From: Candidatus Krumholzibacteriia bacterium
Lineage (GTDB): Bacteria; Krumholzibacteriota; Krumholzibacteriia; JAJRXK01
Direction of reading: 5' to 3'
NCBI GenBank assembly: GCA_041484665.1
Contig: JBGPIA010000019.1
Coordinates: 1-64,000, forward strand
DNA: 64,000 bases
Shown: positions 1-10,176 of the stretch, piece after piece
Position numbering within the stretch: the stretch's first letter is position 1
Layout of the letters: each line of letters begins with the position of its first letter
Notes under the pieces: model-generated
Database searches by the model: none
The model's input: only the letters and a program-made list of their open reading frames with translations
Told to the model about the DNA's origin: nothing
Translations under genes and position numbers: made by a program

Positions 1-138
1 ATCTGCTGCCCGACGCCTGGGCTGCTCAGCAAGCGGCGTCGCTACCCGCCCAGAATCAAGCCGCTGCCTGACCCATCGAGCGCGCTACCCCGCCGCGCGT
101 GACGTCGTATCCTGGGGATGGGATCGCCGGATGGATAC
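1..138 (+). mobile_element. Probable right end of an IS66-family element (3' end of tnpC and terminal repeat)
   Basis: Frame from base 3 reads LLPDAW...QAAA* (stop at 71), resembling the IS66 TnpC C-terminal LLPxxW motif. It is followed by GCCGGATGGATAC ending at 138, like IS66 ends. Confidence 0.45.
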
Positions 139-640
139 TCTCCACGTGCCAGACACCGAGGGCCCGGAGGTCATTTCTCCGGGCCCTCACTACGTCGGGT
201 CCAACCGGCAGGACGACTACCCTACCCCGCCCCTCACCGCTTGGGAATCATCCGCCCAGACGATCCGGTTCAGGCGCTTCTGCGTGAGCGGCGACATTCT
301 GGTGGAAGCGACCGCCATGTGCAGCAATGCGTCGCGCGGAGCGCGGGCGGGACGGCGTGCTCCGCTTTCGAGTGGCGTTCCGTATGAGCTGGAGCGTGTT
401 GATGAAAGTGAACAACGGTGAAGTGTTTGCAACCGGGGGCATGGGGATCCGCTACTTGGCGTGGAGTGAGTGGGTGATTGGCTACGTGCTATACTATGCG
501 CTTGTGCTGGCTCTCTCGGCTCGATACCCGGTGATTCATGACTTCTTGAGCTTACGTTGAGATGAAGCGACTGGAGGAATGAATCTGCGGATAAGCGAAC
601 GGCCGCGTCGGAAGGCGCTTGGTCTTAGCGGCCGGATGCG

Positions 641-1690
641 ATGGGATCCGGAACGAGGAGGACGCTGGTGACAGAAGGGCGGGTACCGCTAGAAGATGTG
701 CGGGAGTATGCGTGCCGAAAGTGCACGCGCAAGGCCTCGACGCGTGGCATGTCGGAGCGGGACTGGTACGTCGTCTTCAACCGCGGCCTCTGCGAGCACT
801 GTTTCCTCGAGAAGGTGAGGTTCGATGTTCGAGGCGCCCTCGAACCCGAAGCCGAGGACGAATGGCCGCCGGAGCCAGGGCCGCACTCCCGTCTACGTGA
901 GGTCCATGCACTGGACATCTCGTACTGGGACCCCCGCGAGTTCCACCACGGCGGGCGGTCCGCCCGTACGTGCGCCGACCCCGCCGATCCCCTGGCAAGA
1001 CGCCTCCAGGCTCTTACTGTCCCCGGCAGCCTCTTCTACGCGGGTCTTTGCCTGCTGGGCGATGGGCTCGCCGAGTACTCCCGCCCGAGATCCCCTGGCT
1101 GGGGGACGTTTCGCTACCTCCCATCCGCCCTCATTTCCTTCTGCGCAGCGTTCGAAGCGCTTGTACGCCTCCAATGCGAGATGCTAGTAGCGATGATTCC
1201 CGCGGTGCCGCCGCCCGTACGCCTGGCTCTGCTCGAGGGGAGCGAGGTGGTCGATGATCGCGGGGAAGTCCGCGCCCGGGTGGCCCGGAGGCCCGCATTG
1301 GATCGCTACCTGATGCTCTTGCGGTACGGGTATGGAGTTGAGGTCAACAGGGGCGACACGTGGTGGCAGAATGGGCGACTCGCGTTTGATGCCCGTGACG
1401 CCGTTGCCCACTACGACGTTCGACAGCTCCCCGCGCTGAGCATCGAGCAAGGTATGCAGCACTTGGAGGCGATGCTCCTGCTCCTGATCGTGCCATCGGT
1501 TCAAGTCGGCAGGACGGTGTTCTGGGAGCAGTTCGGGCTCCATGGAACCCTGGCGGAGCTGATGACGCTCCGAGACACCTACGAAATCGCCTTCGAGGAA
1601 CGGCCACTCCACAAGGACTGGCCATCTGCCCCCTTCACCTTTCCGTGCGCGCTTCTAGGTGTCGACGAATCCCGGTATCCGCAGGGCTGA
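641..1690 (+). CDS. HEPN-like protein with N-terminal zinc finger
   Basis: 349 aa ORF. CRKC and CEHC pairs near the N-terminus, helix ALISFCAAFEAL, and an Rx4H motif RDAVAH. Confidence 0.55.
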   Translation: MGSGTRRTLVTEGRVPLEDVREYACRKCTRKASTRGMSERDWYVVFNRGLCEHCFLEKVRFDVRGALEPEAEDEWPPEPGPHSRLREVHALDISYWDPREFHHGGRSARTCADPADPLARRLQALTVPGSLFYAGLCLLGDGLAEYSRPRSPGWGTFRYLPSALISFCAAFEALVRLQCEMLVAMIPAVPPPVRLALLEGSEVVDDRGEVRARVARRPALDRYLMLLRYGYGVEVNRGDTWWQNGRLAFDARDAVAHYDVRQLPALSIEQGMQHLEAMLLLLIVPSVQVGRTVFWEQFGLHGTLAELMTLRDTYEIAFEERPLHKDWPSAPFTFPCALLGVDESRYPQG

Positions 1691-1735
1691 GCACCGTGCT
1701 CCCCATCGCCGGATCCCGGGCGTGGCGGGTGGATG

Positions 1736-2965
1736 CTATGCTGGCACTTCGAACGCTAGGACGGTCAGCACGAGCTCGCGCTCCGGGTCATCGCGGTGGT
1801 GCAACACGTACCGGAACCCGGTTTCCGTCGCGCACTGCAGCACCCGAAGGAACTCGGGGCGGCGCTGCACGACCCCCGGGATGGCGTTCAGGACGGTCGT
1901 CAGCCTCCGGCTTCGATTGAAGAGGAGTATCGCAGTCTTCGTATCGCGCCAACTCGCGTAGCCGAGGAGCTGCGTGATCGCGTCGTCAAGGGATTGTGGT
2001 CCGCTCCAGAACTTGCACTCGGCGATGAAGATATTCTTGCCCTCGAGTCGAACGAGGATGTCCGTCTTGCCTTCGAAGTTGAAGGTTTCGCCGGTCGCCT
2101 GACCCTCGTATTGGCCGTTGAGTTGCACAAGAAAGTGTTGGCGCAAGGCCTCTTCGTCCATGGTGCGGAACGCGGCTGGGCTGCGCTCCATCACCAGAAC
2201 CATGTTGGCGATGACCGAGAGAATGTGCTCGTACTCTTCAAGCGCAAGTGCGGGCTCGAGTGGTGCAGCGGCGTCGGCGAGTGGCTTCGGTGAGGTCGGC
2301 GCTTTGCGTCGAACCTCGGGTACGGCGTACGTCTTGGGTGCGTCGCTGCGCCGCCGGAGGGGGTAGCCCAGAGACCGGGCGGTCTCGTGGCTGGCGACGA
2401 GGCGGGCGCGGCGTCGTGCGATCGCCGCCTGCGCTTTTCCCGGCAAGGCCTCGTTGAATTCACGGACATCGCGAGCGATCCATGCCAAGTGACTGTTCAC
2501 GCTCGCAAGCGCCTGCTCGAACTGCCCCTTCAGATCGACCGTCTTGTCATGCGGGCAGACGAAGACAAGCTCAAGCTCACCGCTGCGCAGCGCAGCGCGT
2601 GGGGGATTGAATGAGACGGTCGACGCCGTGCACTGAAACAGGCTCCCATCGCCCGTGAACGGAACATGGTAGGTGTACCGAGTCGCGGGTATGGAAAACG
2701 GCCGGCTGCGGTCATGGATGATACGATCGTGGTCATGGCTGACATCCAACGTGGCCTCTTCGTGGCTGACTTCGGTCGCATCCTGTCGTAGGACGGGCGC
2801 GTTGAGGGAGTACTTCCGAGCCAGGGAGCCGACCAGCGCATCCTCAGCGCTCCCGAGGAGGTCGACCGCTGGTACCGCGTCGATCTCCTCCGACATGGCG
2901 TATTCGCGCTGCACGAAAACACCGCGAAGCGGCCAGCTGGAAAAGAGGAGATCTTGCCGAGTCAT
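1736..2965 (-). CDS. Protein with C-terminal PD-(D/E)XK restriction-endonuclease-like domain
   Basis: Motif GETFNFEGKTDIL...FIAECKFW, then QLLGY. Start placed at MTRQDLLF (2965); the ORF is open to 3061. Confidence 0.7.
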   Translation of the reverse strand: MTRQDLLFSSWPLRGVFVQREYAMSEEIDAVPAVDLLGSAEDALVGSLARKYSLNAPVLRQDATEVSHEEATLDVSHDHDRIIHDRSRPFSIPATRYTYHVPFTGDGSLFQCTASTVSFNPPRAALRSGELELVFVCPHDKTVDLKGQFEQALASVNSHLAWIARDVREFNEALPGKAQAAIARRRARLVASHETARSLGYPLRRRSDAPKTYAVPEVRRKAPTSPKPLADAAAPLEPALALEEYEHILSVIANMVLVMERSPAAFRTMDEEALRQHFLVQLNGQYEGQATGETFNFEGKTDILVRLEGKNIFIAECKFWSGPQSLDDAITQLLGYASWRDTKTAILLFNRSRRLTTVLNAIPGVVQRRPEFLRVLQCATETGFRYVLHHRDDPERELVLTVLAFEVPA

Positions 2966-3472
2966 AGGCAGCGGACGCAATGGAAGGTGTTCAACACGCC
3001 GGGCAATGCACCACGATCGTCTGGTGTTCCGCACGCAACGTACCACAGGCAGGCGATCCAAGCCAATGCCGCGCGTACCTCATCGACAAGCGACTGTGCA
3101 GCGCAGCCGCGCCGCACTTGTGCTCACCCGAGGTCCGCGCCAGGCAGGTACTCCTCAGGAGAGTACGCGCGCCCTCCGCAGGCGGGGAAGCAAAGAACGA
3201 CCCCGGGCTTTTGGGGGCGACTGCTCGTAGACACCCGTGTCGGGTAGGGCCGCTCATGCTCCAACGTGCATCTGGAAATCCAGGGATTCGAGCGGGATGC
3301 CGAGCTAGTCGCACAAGGCACCGCGCTCGAGGGTCTCGGGGGGCGTCACCGCGGAATACTCGAGGAATCCCACTGCACGCGCTGAAGCGAGCAACGGACA
3401 GCGGGGCACGACAGGTGTAGACGGTACGCCGCACCACATGCGTGCTTCGACGGCCCGTAAGCGCAGCGGGCA

Positions 3473-4258
3473 CTACGGAACGGGAGTCCACGTGTACCAG
3501 TCCCGCACTCCCAGGCGGGACGCCCAGACGTCCGTCAATGCCCGATCGCCCACGTGACCGTCGACGGGGACATGCTGCAGGAGGCCGTCAAGCTGCACGC
3601 CAAGCTCGTAGTGCGGAGACGCGCGCACCACCGAATCCACGTCCGCCCCCGTGAGCGCACTTGCTTCAAGGGCGAGGGCGACGTTCATCGCCGTGCTGGC
3701 CGCGTACACCCGCGGCGGCGTCGCGGCCTGGATACTGGGGGAGAAGTGCGGGACGACGTCGGCGACTTGCCGCGCCAAGTACCGCTCCTGCTCCACGCGG
3801 TGCTCCGGCAAGGCGTGGTGTAGCGCGCGTTCGACGCGTAAGTCCAACGGCATGCTCGTCACCTGCCGGACCAAGCCCTGGTAGAGAAACACGGACAAGT
3901 CCCGGAACACGCGGTCTGGCAATTCCGGGAAGCGCGCGCGCAACTCAGCCTCGTCAGACCACGGCAGCCCACGATCAGCAGCACTTGCCGGTACGAGGCG
4001 CTCCGCGGGCGGCGCGGCCCACAAGCGCAGGACCTTGTACGACGCGCTGACGAGGAAGTGCAGCCAGTACGCACGGTACTCCGGCACGAACGCCAAGTCA
4101 TGCCAGGGCTGGTCGGGGGACGCCATGCGGAGCAGGAAGTCGTACCCCAGCCCGTCACGCTCGCACAGCACGACAGGGTACCCGGTCTTGTCCGCGGCAC
4201 GCGCGACGAGGCGCGCCGCGTACACGGGCAAGACCTCCCCAGCCCTCACCAGACGCAT
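3473..4258 (-). CDS. Integrase-associated hypothetical protein, copy 1
   Basis: Clear paralog of 29800..30585 (shared DKTGYPVVL, WLHFLVSASYKVLRLW, GLVRQVTSMPLDL). Start uncertain (ATG 4258 or TTG 4231). Confidence 0.7.
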   Translation of the reverse strand: MRLVRAGEVLPVYAARLVARAADKTGYPVVLCERDGLGYDFLLRMASPDQPWHDLAFVPEYRAYWLHFLVSASYKVLRLWAAPPAERLVPASAADRGLPWSDEAELRARFPELPDRVFRDLSVFLYQGLVRQVTSMPLDLRVERALHHALPEHRVEQERYLARQVADVVPHFSPSIQAATPPRVYAASTAMNVALALEASALTGADVDSVVRASPHYELGVQLDGLLQHVPVDGHVGDRALTDVWASRLGVRDWYTWTPVP

Positions 4259-4375
4259 CCACGCCTGGAAGCATTCGTGGCTTATAAGGCTTGCACCGAA
4301 GAACACCTCCCGGGACGCGTGGGAACGTCAAGGGCCGGGCAGCGCAGCGGCGGTGACGCGCGCGCTCTTGCTCCT

Positions 4376-5863
4376 TCACGCCACAAGCGGCAAATCGTCC
4401 CGGTACGCCCCCGGCGGGTCGCCGTAACGGTCCTGCGCATCAGCGACGCGGCGTCGCGGCGGTACAGGTGTGCGTGCGGCACCAACGCCTTGGCCTGCGA
4501 GCATACCCGCCGGCGCGCCCGCGCCGGGCGGACGCCTCCACGCGGGCGGAGCTGGCGCGGGCTGCACGAGCACGCCGGGAGGCTGCACGGCGCCCCGCGG
4601 GAATGCGTGCTGCGACGGTGCTGGTGCGTTCAGCAACGCACCAGGGTACGCGGCCATTCGGCTTGCGATGACGCCGGGCGCCGCGACATTAGGATTCGCC
4701 GGGGCGTCCGACGCAGGCGCCAGCGCGCTGCCCAGCGGCCACGCCGCGTCAAGAACGGGGAGGACCGGCGCCGGTGGAATGGGGGCGCGCGTCGCGGTAG
4801 GGGTGTAGTCCCGGGCGGTGTCGTACTCGTCAAGTCCTCCCTGGTCGATGTAGTGCTGCGGCATGCTGCTCGTCATGCTCCACCCGAACCGTCTGCAGAG
4901 CCGGTAGTGCGGCAACCGATTAGCCCAATACGTCGCCGAAGAATGCCGGAACAAGTGTGGGTAGACGCGCTTGCCGAGGGCCTTCCGGCCGAGGCGTGCG
5001 ATGAAGTGCTGCACGCAGGCCACGCTCACCGGGAAAAGCAAGGCGTGCGGGTCAGCCGCGTCGAGCGTCCCGTCAGGCAGCAGGGTGGGCTTGGCGGGGT
5101 GGTCTTCGAGCCAGTACGCGAGCCACTTCGTGCTCGCCGGCATCGGCAAGGCCACCGTGCGGGGCAGCGTCTTGCTGACCGGGCAGCGGATGAAGTAACA
5201 CGCCCGCTCCGGGTCGGCGGGGTCGTACCGGACTAGGCGAACGTGGTGGAGTCGGACATTGAGGAGCTCACCGATGCGAAACCCGCTGTCAAAGAGCACT
5301 TGGAGTAGCGCGCGCTCGACGGGGCGGCGGGCGCAATCGATGAGCGTCGCGACTTCGGCCTCGGTGAGTGCGGGCGTTTCTACGTGGGGTTGGTGCGTGT
5401 CCAGCCACGCGACGAGGGCAGGGATGGTGCGGTTCTCCCCGTGGAGCCACTTGTAGAATTTCCTGATGCTGATCTTCACGCTCCGCTGATACGAAAGTGA
5501 GAGAGGCGTGTCGAGGGCCCGGTGGCCCCCGCCTGGCTGCCAGCGTGGTGAGTGTGACGTGATTCTCCCGGATTCGAGGGCGAGGATGAAGTCCTCCATG
5601 CCCGCCTGGTCGAGCACGTCCAGGTCCCGCCCGGTGTGCGTGATGAGGAGGCGGAGGTGGTTGAGCACGGCCGTGCACTGGCCCGCGCCGATCTTCTTCT
5701 TCGTACGGCCGAGCACAGTCTTGCCCAGCGCGCAGTCGCGTAGATACGACTCGACGAGCGCCTTGTTACGCGTGCTGACGTTCTCGTCGGCGTGGAAGCG
5801 CGCGCGTAGGCGTTCGTAGCGTCCTTGCGTGTTTCGTGTGTCGATGATCTCGTCGAATCCCAT
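4376..5863 (-). CDS. Tyrosine recombinase/integrase, copy 1, with Pro/Ala-rich C-terminal tail
   Basis: Catalytic set: DSGFRIGE (R), SKT (K), HLFRH (HxxR), FGW, QHY (Y). Purine-rich RBS upstream. Confidence 0.9.
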   Translation of the reverse strand: MGFDEIIDTRNTQGRYERLRARFHADENVSTRNKALVESYLRDCALGKTVLGRTKKKIGAGQCTAVLNHLRLLITHTGRDLDVLDQAGMEDFILALESGRITSHSPRWQPGGGHRALDTPLSLSYQRSVKISIRKFYKWLHGENRTIPALVAWLDTHQPHVETPALTEAEVATLIDCARRPVERALLQVLFDSGFRIGELLNVRLHHVRLVRYDPADPERACYFIRCPVSKTLPRTVALPMPASTKWLAYWLEDHPAKPTLLPDGTLDAADPHALLFPVSVACVQHFIARLGRKALGKRVYPHLFRHSSATYWANRLPHYRLCRRFGWSMTSSMPQHYIDQGGLDEYDTARDYTPTATRAPIPPAPVLPVLDAAWPLGSALAPASDAPANPNVAAPGVIASRMAAYPGALLNAPAPSQHAFPRGAVQPPGVLVQPAPAPPAWRRPPGAGAPAGMLAGQGVGAARTPVPPRRRVADAQDRYGDPPGAYRDDLPLVA

Positions 5864-6009
5864 TCCCCTTGTTCACCCCGTTGTTCTTCTTGACCGAAAG
5901 GCTTATGAACTTTCCCCCGATTTCCCACGCGCAAGACCAGGAGCACGTGCGTGCCAGCCTGGCGGCTAGGCTGATGGGCGGGCAGCGGCGGGGGTGGCCG
6001 TCGGGGCGA

Positions 6010-6260
6010 GGCCAGGGTGATGGGAATCCAGTCCCAGCCATCGAAGCGGAAGAATCCCAACTCGGTCCCCGCGTACAGCGTGCCCGCCGAGTCGACTACT
6101 GCCGTGAAGACGAAGACGCCGGGGGGATGGAGCCGGGCGTCCGCGCGCAGGGCTGACACCCAGCGCGCTGAACCAGCGGCGCGCGCGGCGACCCCCACCA
6201 CGAGTACGGTAGCGAGCACGCACAGGACGGGCGCCCACGTGGAGCGGGCTCTTGACCCAA
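6010..6260 (-). pseudogene. Truncated secreted beta-propeller (Reg_prop-like) gene fragment
   Basis: Signal-like hydrophobic stretch VLCVLATVLVVGVAARAA, then a single repeat AVVDSAGTLYAGTELGFFRFDGWDW, then loss of protein-like sequence. Boundaries approximate. Confidence 0.45.
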
Positions 6261-7045
6261 GATTCGACGACGAGAACCGGCGCGCAGCGAGACCTCCCGT
6301 CGACCACACCATCCTAGAGCCACACCGCAGGCGCTGCGCAGGCCGCGGGTGCCACAAACGCCCCAGCTCCTTGCGCGTTGGTGAGGACGCCAGTGAGCAC
6401 GCAGCCGTGCCTGGTCGACTTGCGGTAGGCCAGCTCAAGACACCAGAGTCATGCACTCCAGCGCGGCCAGCGGCGAGCATCCCGCAGCGCGGCCCCGTAC
6501 CCGTAGAGACGCAAACCCGCCCCGCTTCCCCCCAAGGATTTTTCGCCGCCGATCGGATGGGGCGCTCGCCGAGGCCGCGGAGGCCGCTGGCATGTCGATT
6601 ACGACGTGGCGTCCGTTTCGCGATTGATGATGGGCGCGTCGGGCGTACTCAAGTCCGCTCGAGCGCCGGGGTCTCAATAACGGAGCCTCAACTCCAGTGA
6701 GTCTTGGCGCGCTGCCGGAATCACACTTGACGGCGCCCGGGTGAGCGCGCACGCTTCGCCTGCTAGGCTCCAGCTGCCGCGGACGCCGCCTGAGGGGTCC
6801 GCCGAGGAGTAGCGGTGCGCCAGTCGCACGCCGGAGCCTGCAGCACTTCCCCGCGCTCAACGCGCAGGGCACGCCCGCCTTGCGCTGCACCCCGGCTTCT
6901 TCGTCCATCCGGCGCGGCTGCGCCGCCGCTCCCCGTCAGGCGCGCACAGCTGAGTAGCCCAGCAGCAGTGGCGCTCGCAGCGAGCCTGCCACCGCCAACC
7001 TCTCCAGCGTCCCCCGAATCCATCGAGATTGAGTGAGGTACCGTC

Positions 7046-7498
7046 ATGCCACGATTGCCCGGACTCTCTTCCCTCTGGATTGCCCCGCTCCTGCTCTGCG
7101 CGGGGAGTGCGAGCGCCGAGACCATCAACCTCGACTTGGCGCGGGTGCATACGCTGACCCAGACCGTCCCGGCCGGCGACCACGTGATCAGCGCCTCCAA
7201 CCTGATGCCCAAGCAGACCTACCGGCGGAGCGTTCTCCGCGAGGCACGACTCAACCAAGCGCTAGTAGAACTAAACGCGTTCGCAGAACCCGCACCCGCC
7301 CCCGGGATGCGTATGACAAACGTGCCATCTGCCTGCGATTCCGAAGTCACACGGTTTTCGGCAGATCTCGCGAAAGCCACATCCGAGAAGGACATCGCAC
7401 AACTCCTGAAGAACGCCTACGAACGGCTCGCCCAGGCAGACTGCCCGCCCGCACGCGTGCAGCGAACCCTGGCTGACGTAGACCCCATCGTTGCATAA
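7046..7498 (+). CDS. Secreted hypothetical protein; last codons supplied by the MITE
   Basis: GAGG RBS and signal peptide ending ASA-E. The stop TAA lies inside the MITE left repeat. Confidence 0.6.
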   Translation: MPRLPGLSSLWIAPLLLCAGSASAETINLDLARVHTLTQTVPAGDHVISASNLMPKQTYRRSVLREARLNQALVELNAFAEPAPAPGMRMTNVPSACDSEVTRFSADLAKATSEKDIAQLLKNAYERLAQADCPPARVQRTLADVDPIVA

Positions 7499-7695
7499 AC
7501 CTCGCGGAGCCCCTACCAGCAGCCGTCGAAATGCCCCGGAGAACGAAGCCCCAGAGACTTCCGGCCTGGCCGACGATGCTGTTCGCGCGGACTTCACCCT
7601 CGGTGACTTCCAGTAGTTGAAGGTGCGCGACGACGATCTGCCGGGGAGAAGGCTGCGATCGCAAACTCCGCTGGCTTCTTTATGCAACAGTGGGG
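7483..7695. mobile_element. 213-bp MITE related to the IS1380 element at 58684..60215
   Basis: Ends CCCCATCGTTGCATAAA and TTTATGCAACAGTGGGG. TAGA duplicated at 7479-7482 and 7696-7699. No transposase inside. Confidence 0.85.
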
Positions 7696-7831
7696 TAGAC
7701 TGAAGGGCCTGTCACACACGCCACCTCCTCGAGCTGCAGATCGAGCCTCCGGGCCGCACCCGGGCAGGGCTTCTACACTATCGCGCCCCTCCGGAGGCGT
7801 TCAGAGGTCGGAGTCACCCTGGGAGGCGAAC

Positions 7832-10120
7832 GTGCTCGTCGCGGGTCTTGCATTTGGTGTCTGCGCAGTCATTGCTACGGCACTCTTCTGGAGCGCGGAG
7901 CGTACAGCGAAGGACGCCCCCGGCCGTCCTGCACGGCGGCATCTCCAAGATCTCGGACGTGCCTGGGCTACTCTCGCCATCTATTACTTTGTCTCACTGC
8001 TCTTCGGCATGCTCGTCTGGGGGAACGAGGCAGGAAGGCGCGTGCTCGACGAGGCCAATCCCTATCCCTACTTCTGGTTTCATACGCTCGCAATGGTTGC
8101 CTGCACGATTACGAACATCATTCTCCTGCGAGCAATTGTACAGTTGGATATACCACTGCCAGGACCAGCCGCGTCGAAGCTCCCAAACGCTGCCTTGGAA
8201 CGACAGTACCCTGCTACGGCTGGTGCGATCGCACTTACCGGTGTCGCCTCACTTGTCGTGCTTTGGATCGGCGGCAACGTGCCCGCCATTCAGGCCAAGC
8301 GGCTGGTCATAGTTCTTGCGTACGCACCACAGATGCTAATCAGCAGCGGCCTTTTCGTGTGGCTTGCGTACACGTACCGTGCCGTGACGCGCGCAACACC
8401 GCTCTTTGTGGCGACAGCGGCGTATGGGGTCCTGCAGCTCTTATACCCCTGGTTGCATCTCTACAAGGAGAGCCAGCTTTATGGTGCCGCGCTGCTTGGT
8501 AGCAAGCTCGTGCTTGCGCTGATGACGGTGAGCTACGCACCGCGCTTTCGAGATAGGCTTGCGGACCGCGGTGGTGCCGAGGACGCCCTACATGTCGCGG
8601 GCGTCAATCAGGCGCGACTTGCGGCGACACGCCGCGCGCTACGCGTGTGGGCCGGCGGCGTCGTTGCACTTGCCTTCACATGCTTGGCGATGATGGGATA
8701 TGCGTGGGTGGTCGCCTGGTGCGAGGCAGAGCGCTGGGAGCGCACCGGCACCATCGCGGTGCGAGTGGCGTTCGTCCCTGTCCTCTGGCTTGGCGGACAA
8801 GCGCTGGGATACCTCACGGTCAGGCGGTTTGCACACGCCGTTCCATGGGCCCGGATGGCCGCGGGCGAGCTGGAATCGAGGATCACGTGCACACCAGCGA
8901 GCGATGGTGTGGGATGCTGGCGATCGCTCGCAGTGCGTCCTCGCGTTCCGCAACCTGGAGTGCGTGAGGATGAGATTGTCTTGGTGCATGGCATCCTGAG
9001 TTCCGGCCCGTGTTGCTGGGGACTGTTGCCGGCGATGCTTGCTGAGAGCCCGGGAGTCGCCGCGGTGCACGTATTGTCTTACAGACACTCTCTTTGGTCG
9101 CTTGGCGCCCATCTGGATGGGCTCCCCAGGGAGCTTGCTGAGACCCTCTTAAGAATCTCGGGAGCGCAGCGCGACACCTTATTCTCAGGCGTGGGCCCGC
9201 GCGACGCGGAGAAGCGCCTAGTGGTCATGGCGCACAGCCTTGGGGCGTTGGTCATGATCCGCGCCCTTGCAGACCCCGATAAGGGTCCGCGGCTGCGCCA
9301 AGCTGTGCGGCATCTGGTTTGCGTTGGCGCGCCGCTCGCAGGATCGCGATGGGCGTTCCTGGGCTGGCCGTGGGCGTGGCCCCGAGCGCTGCGCGTAGGA
9401 TCGAAGTTCGTGGTGAACACGATGGAGGCATACCACGAGGTGTTGCCGCAAGCAGGTCACCGTATCGGCGAAGGACGCGGCAACTGCACAGTATCGTTCC
9501 TGCACGGTACGCGCGACAGCGTGGTTGGGCCGATTGTACGGATGTTTCATCTTCCTGGTGCGGAGGATACACCCGGTCCGCACGACCTGATGAAGGAGGT
9601 CTACGTTCCAGGAGGAGAGCATGCGGGACGGTTCGTTCGCGAACTCAACCGGAGTTCGCGCGACGCGGATCGGATGCGCTTGGTAGGTGCAAATCTGGCC
9701 GCGGGCCGGGTGTGCATCACCGCGTGTGTCTGGGAGTGCCCAACGACCGAGGTCAACATCGGGATTGCGGTTGTGAGCGAGATGATCCCCACCGAGCACG
9801 GCATGACGGTCCCGAGTTCGCGCATCTGCGATGCCGCGAAGCACAGGCCGCTGTTGGAAGTGATTGCAGAAGCTTACGCGAGAGACATAGCGCGGAGGCT
9901 CGAGCAGGGGGAGGACCACCCTATAGAACCGTGGGGTACCTTCGAAGCACTGCTCCGCCGGGGCGCAGCCAATGCTATCGAGGACGGCGGGCTGTTGCAG
10001 CTTCCATGGCAAAATGACTCGACGCTCTATCTGATCAGCGCGGGCGGCGCGGGAGTAGTGATCGTTGTCCGGGAGCGGAGAATGCGGCTAATGCCCGCCC
10101 TTCGCGCGAGCGGGAACTGA
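7832..10120 (+). CDS. Multi-pass membrane protein fused to an alpha/beta hydrolase and an unknown C-terminal domain
   Basis: GGAGG RBS before GTG 7832. Many hydrophobic helices, then VLVHGILS, nucleophile elbow AHSLG, and GAPLAGS. Confidence 0.75.
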   Translation: MLVAGLAFGVCAVIATALFWSAERTAKDAPGRPARRHLQDLGRAWATLAIYYFVSLLFGMLVWGNEAGRRVLDEANPYPYFWFHTLAMVACTITNIILLRAIVQLDIPLPGPAASKLPNAALERQYPATAGAIALTGVASLVVLWIGGNVPAIQAKRLVIVLAYAPQMLISSGLFVWLAYTYRAVTRATPLFVATAAYGVLQLLYPWLHLYKESQLYGAALLGSKLVLALMTVSYAPRFRDRLADRGGAEDALHVAGVNQARLAATRRALRVWAGGVVALAFTCLAMMGYAWVVAWCEAERWERTGTIAVRVAFVPVLWLGGQALGYLTVRRFAHAVPWARMAAGELESRITCTPASDGVGCWRSLAVRPRVPQPGVREDEIVLVHGILSSGPCCWGLLPAMLAESPGVAAVHVLSYRHSLWSLGAHLDGLPRELAETLLRISGAQRDTLFSGVGPRDAEKRLVVMAHSLGALVMIRALADPDKGPRLRQAVRHLVCVGAPLAGSRWAFLGWPWAWPRALRVGSKFVVNTMEAYHEVLPQAGHRIGEGRGNCTVSFLHGTRDSVVGPIVRMFHLPGAEDTPGPHDLMKEVYVPGGEHAGRFVRELNRSSRDADRMRLVGANLAAGRVCITACVWECPTTEVNIGIAVVSEMIPTEHGMTVPSSRICDAAKHRPLLEVIAEAYARDIARRLEQGEDHPIEPWGTFEALLRRGAANAIEDGGLLQLPWQNDSTLYLISAGGAGVVIVVRERRMRLMPALRASGN

Positions 10121-10176
10121 TGCTGGTAGAGAGCGTGGCGCTGCGGCGGGAGAGATCAGCGGTCGGGGGCGCGCCA

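Noticed and set aside
7682..7831. N-terminal extension of the 812-aa ORF
   Set aside because: ATG 7682 lies inside the MITE repeat. GTG 7832 has a good RBS.
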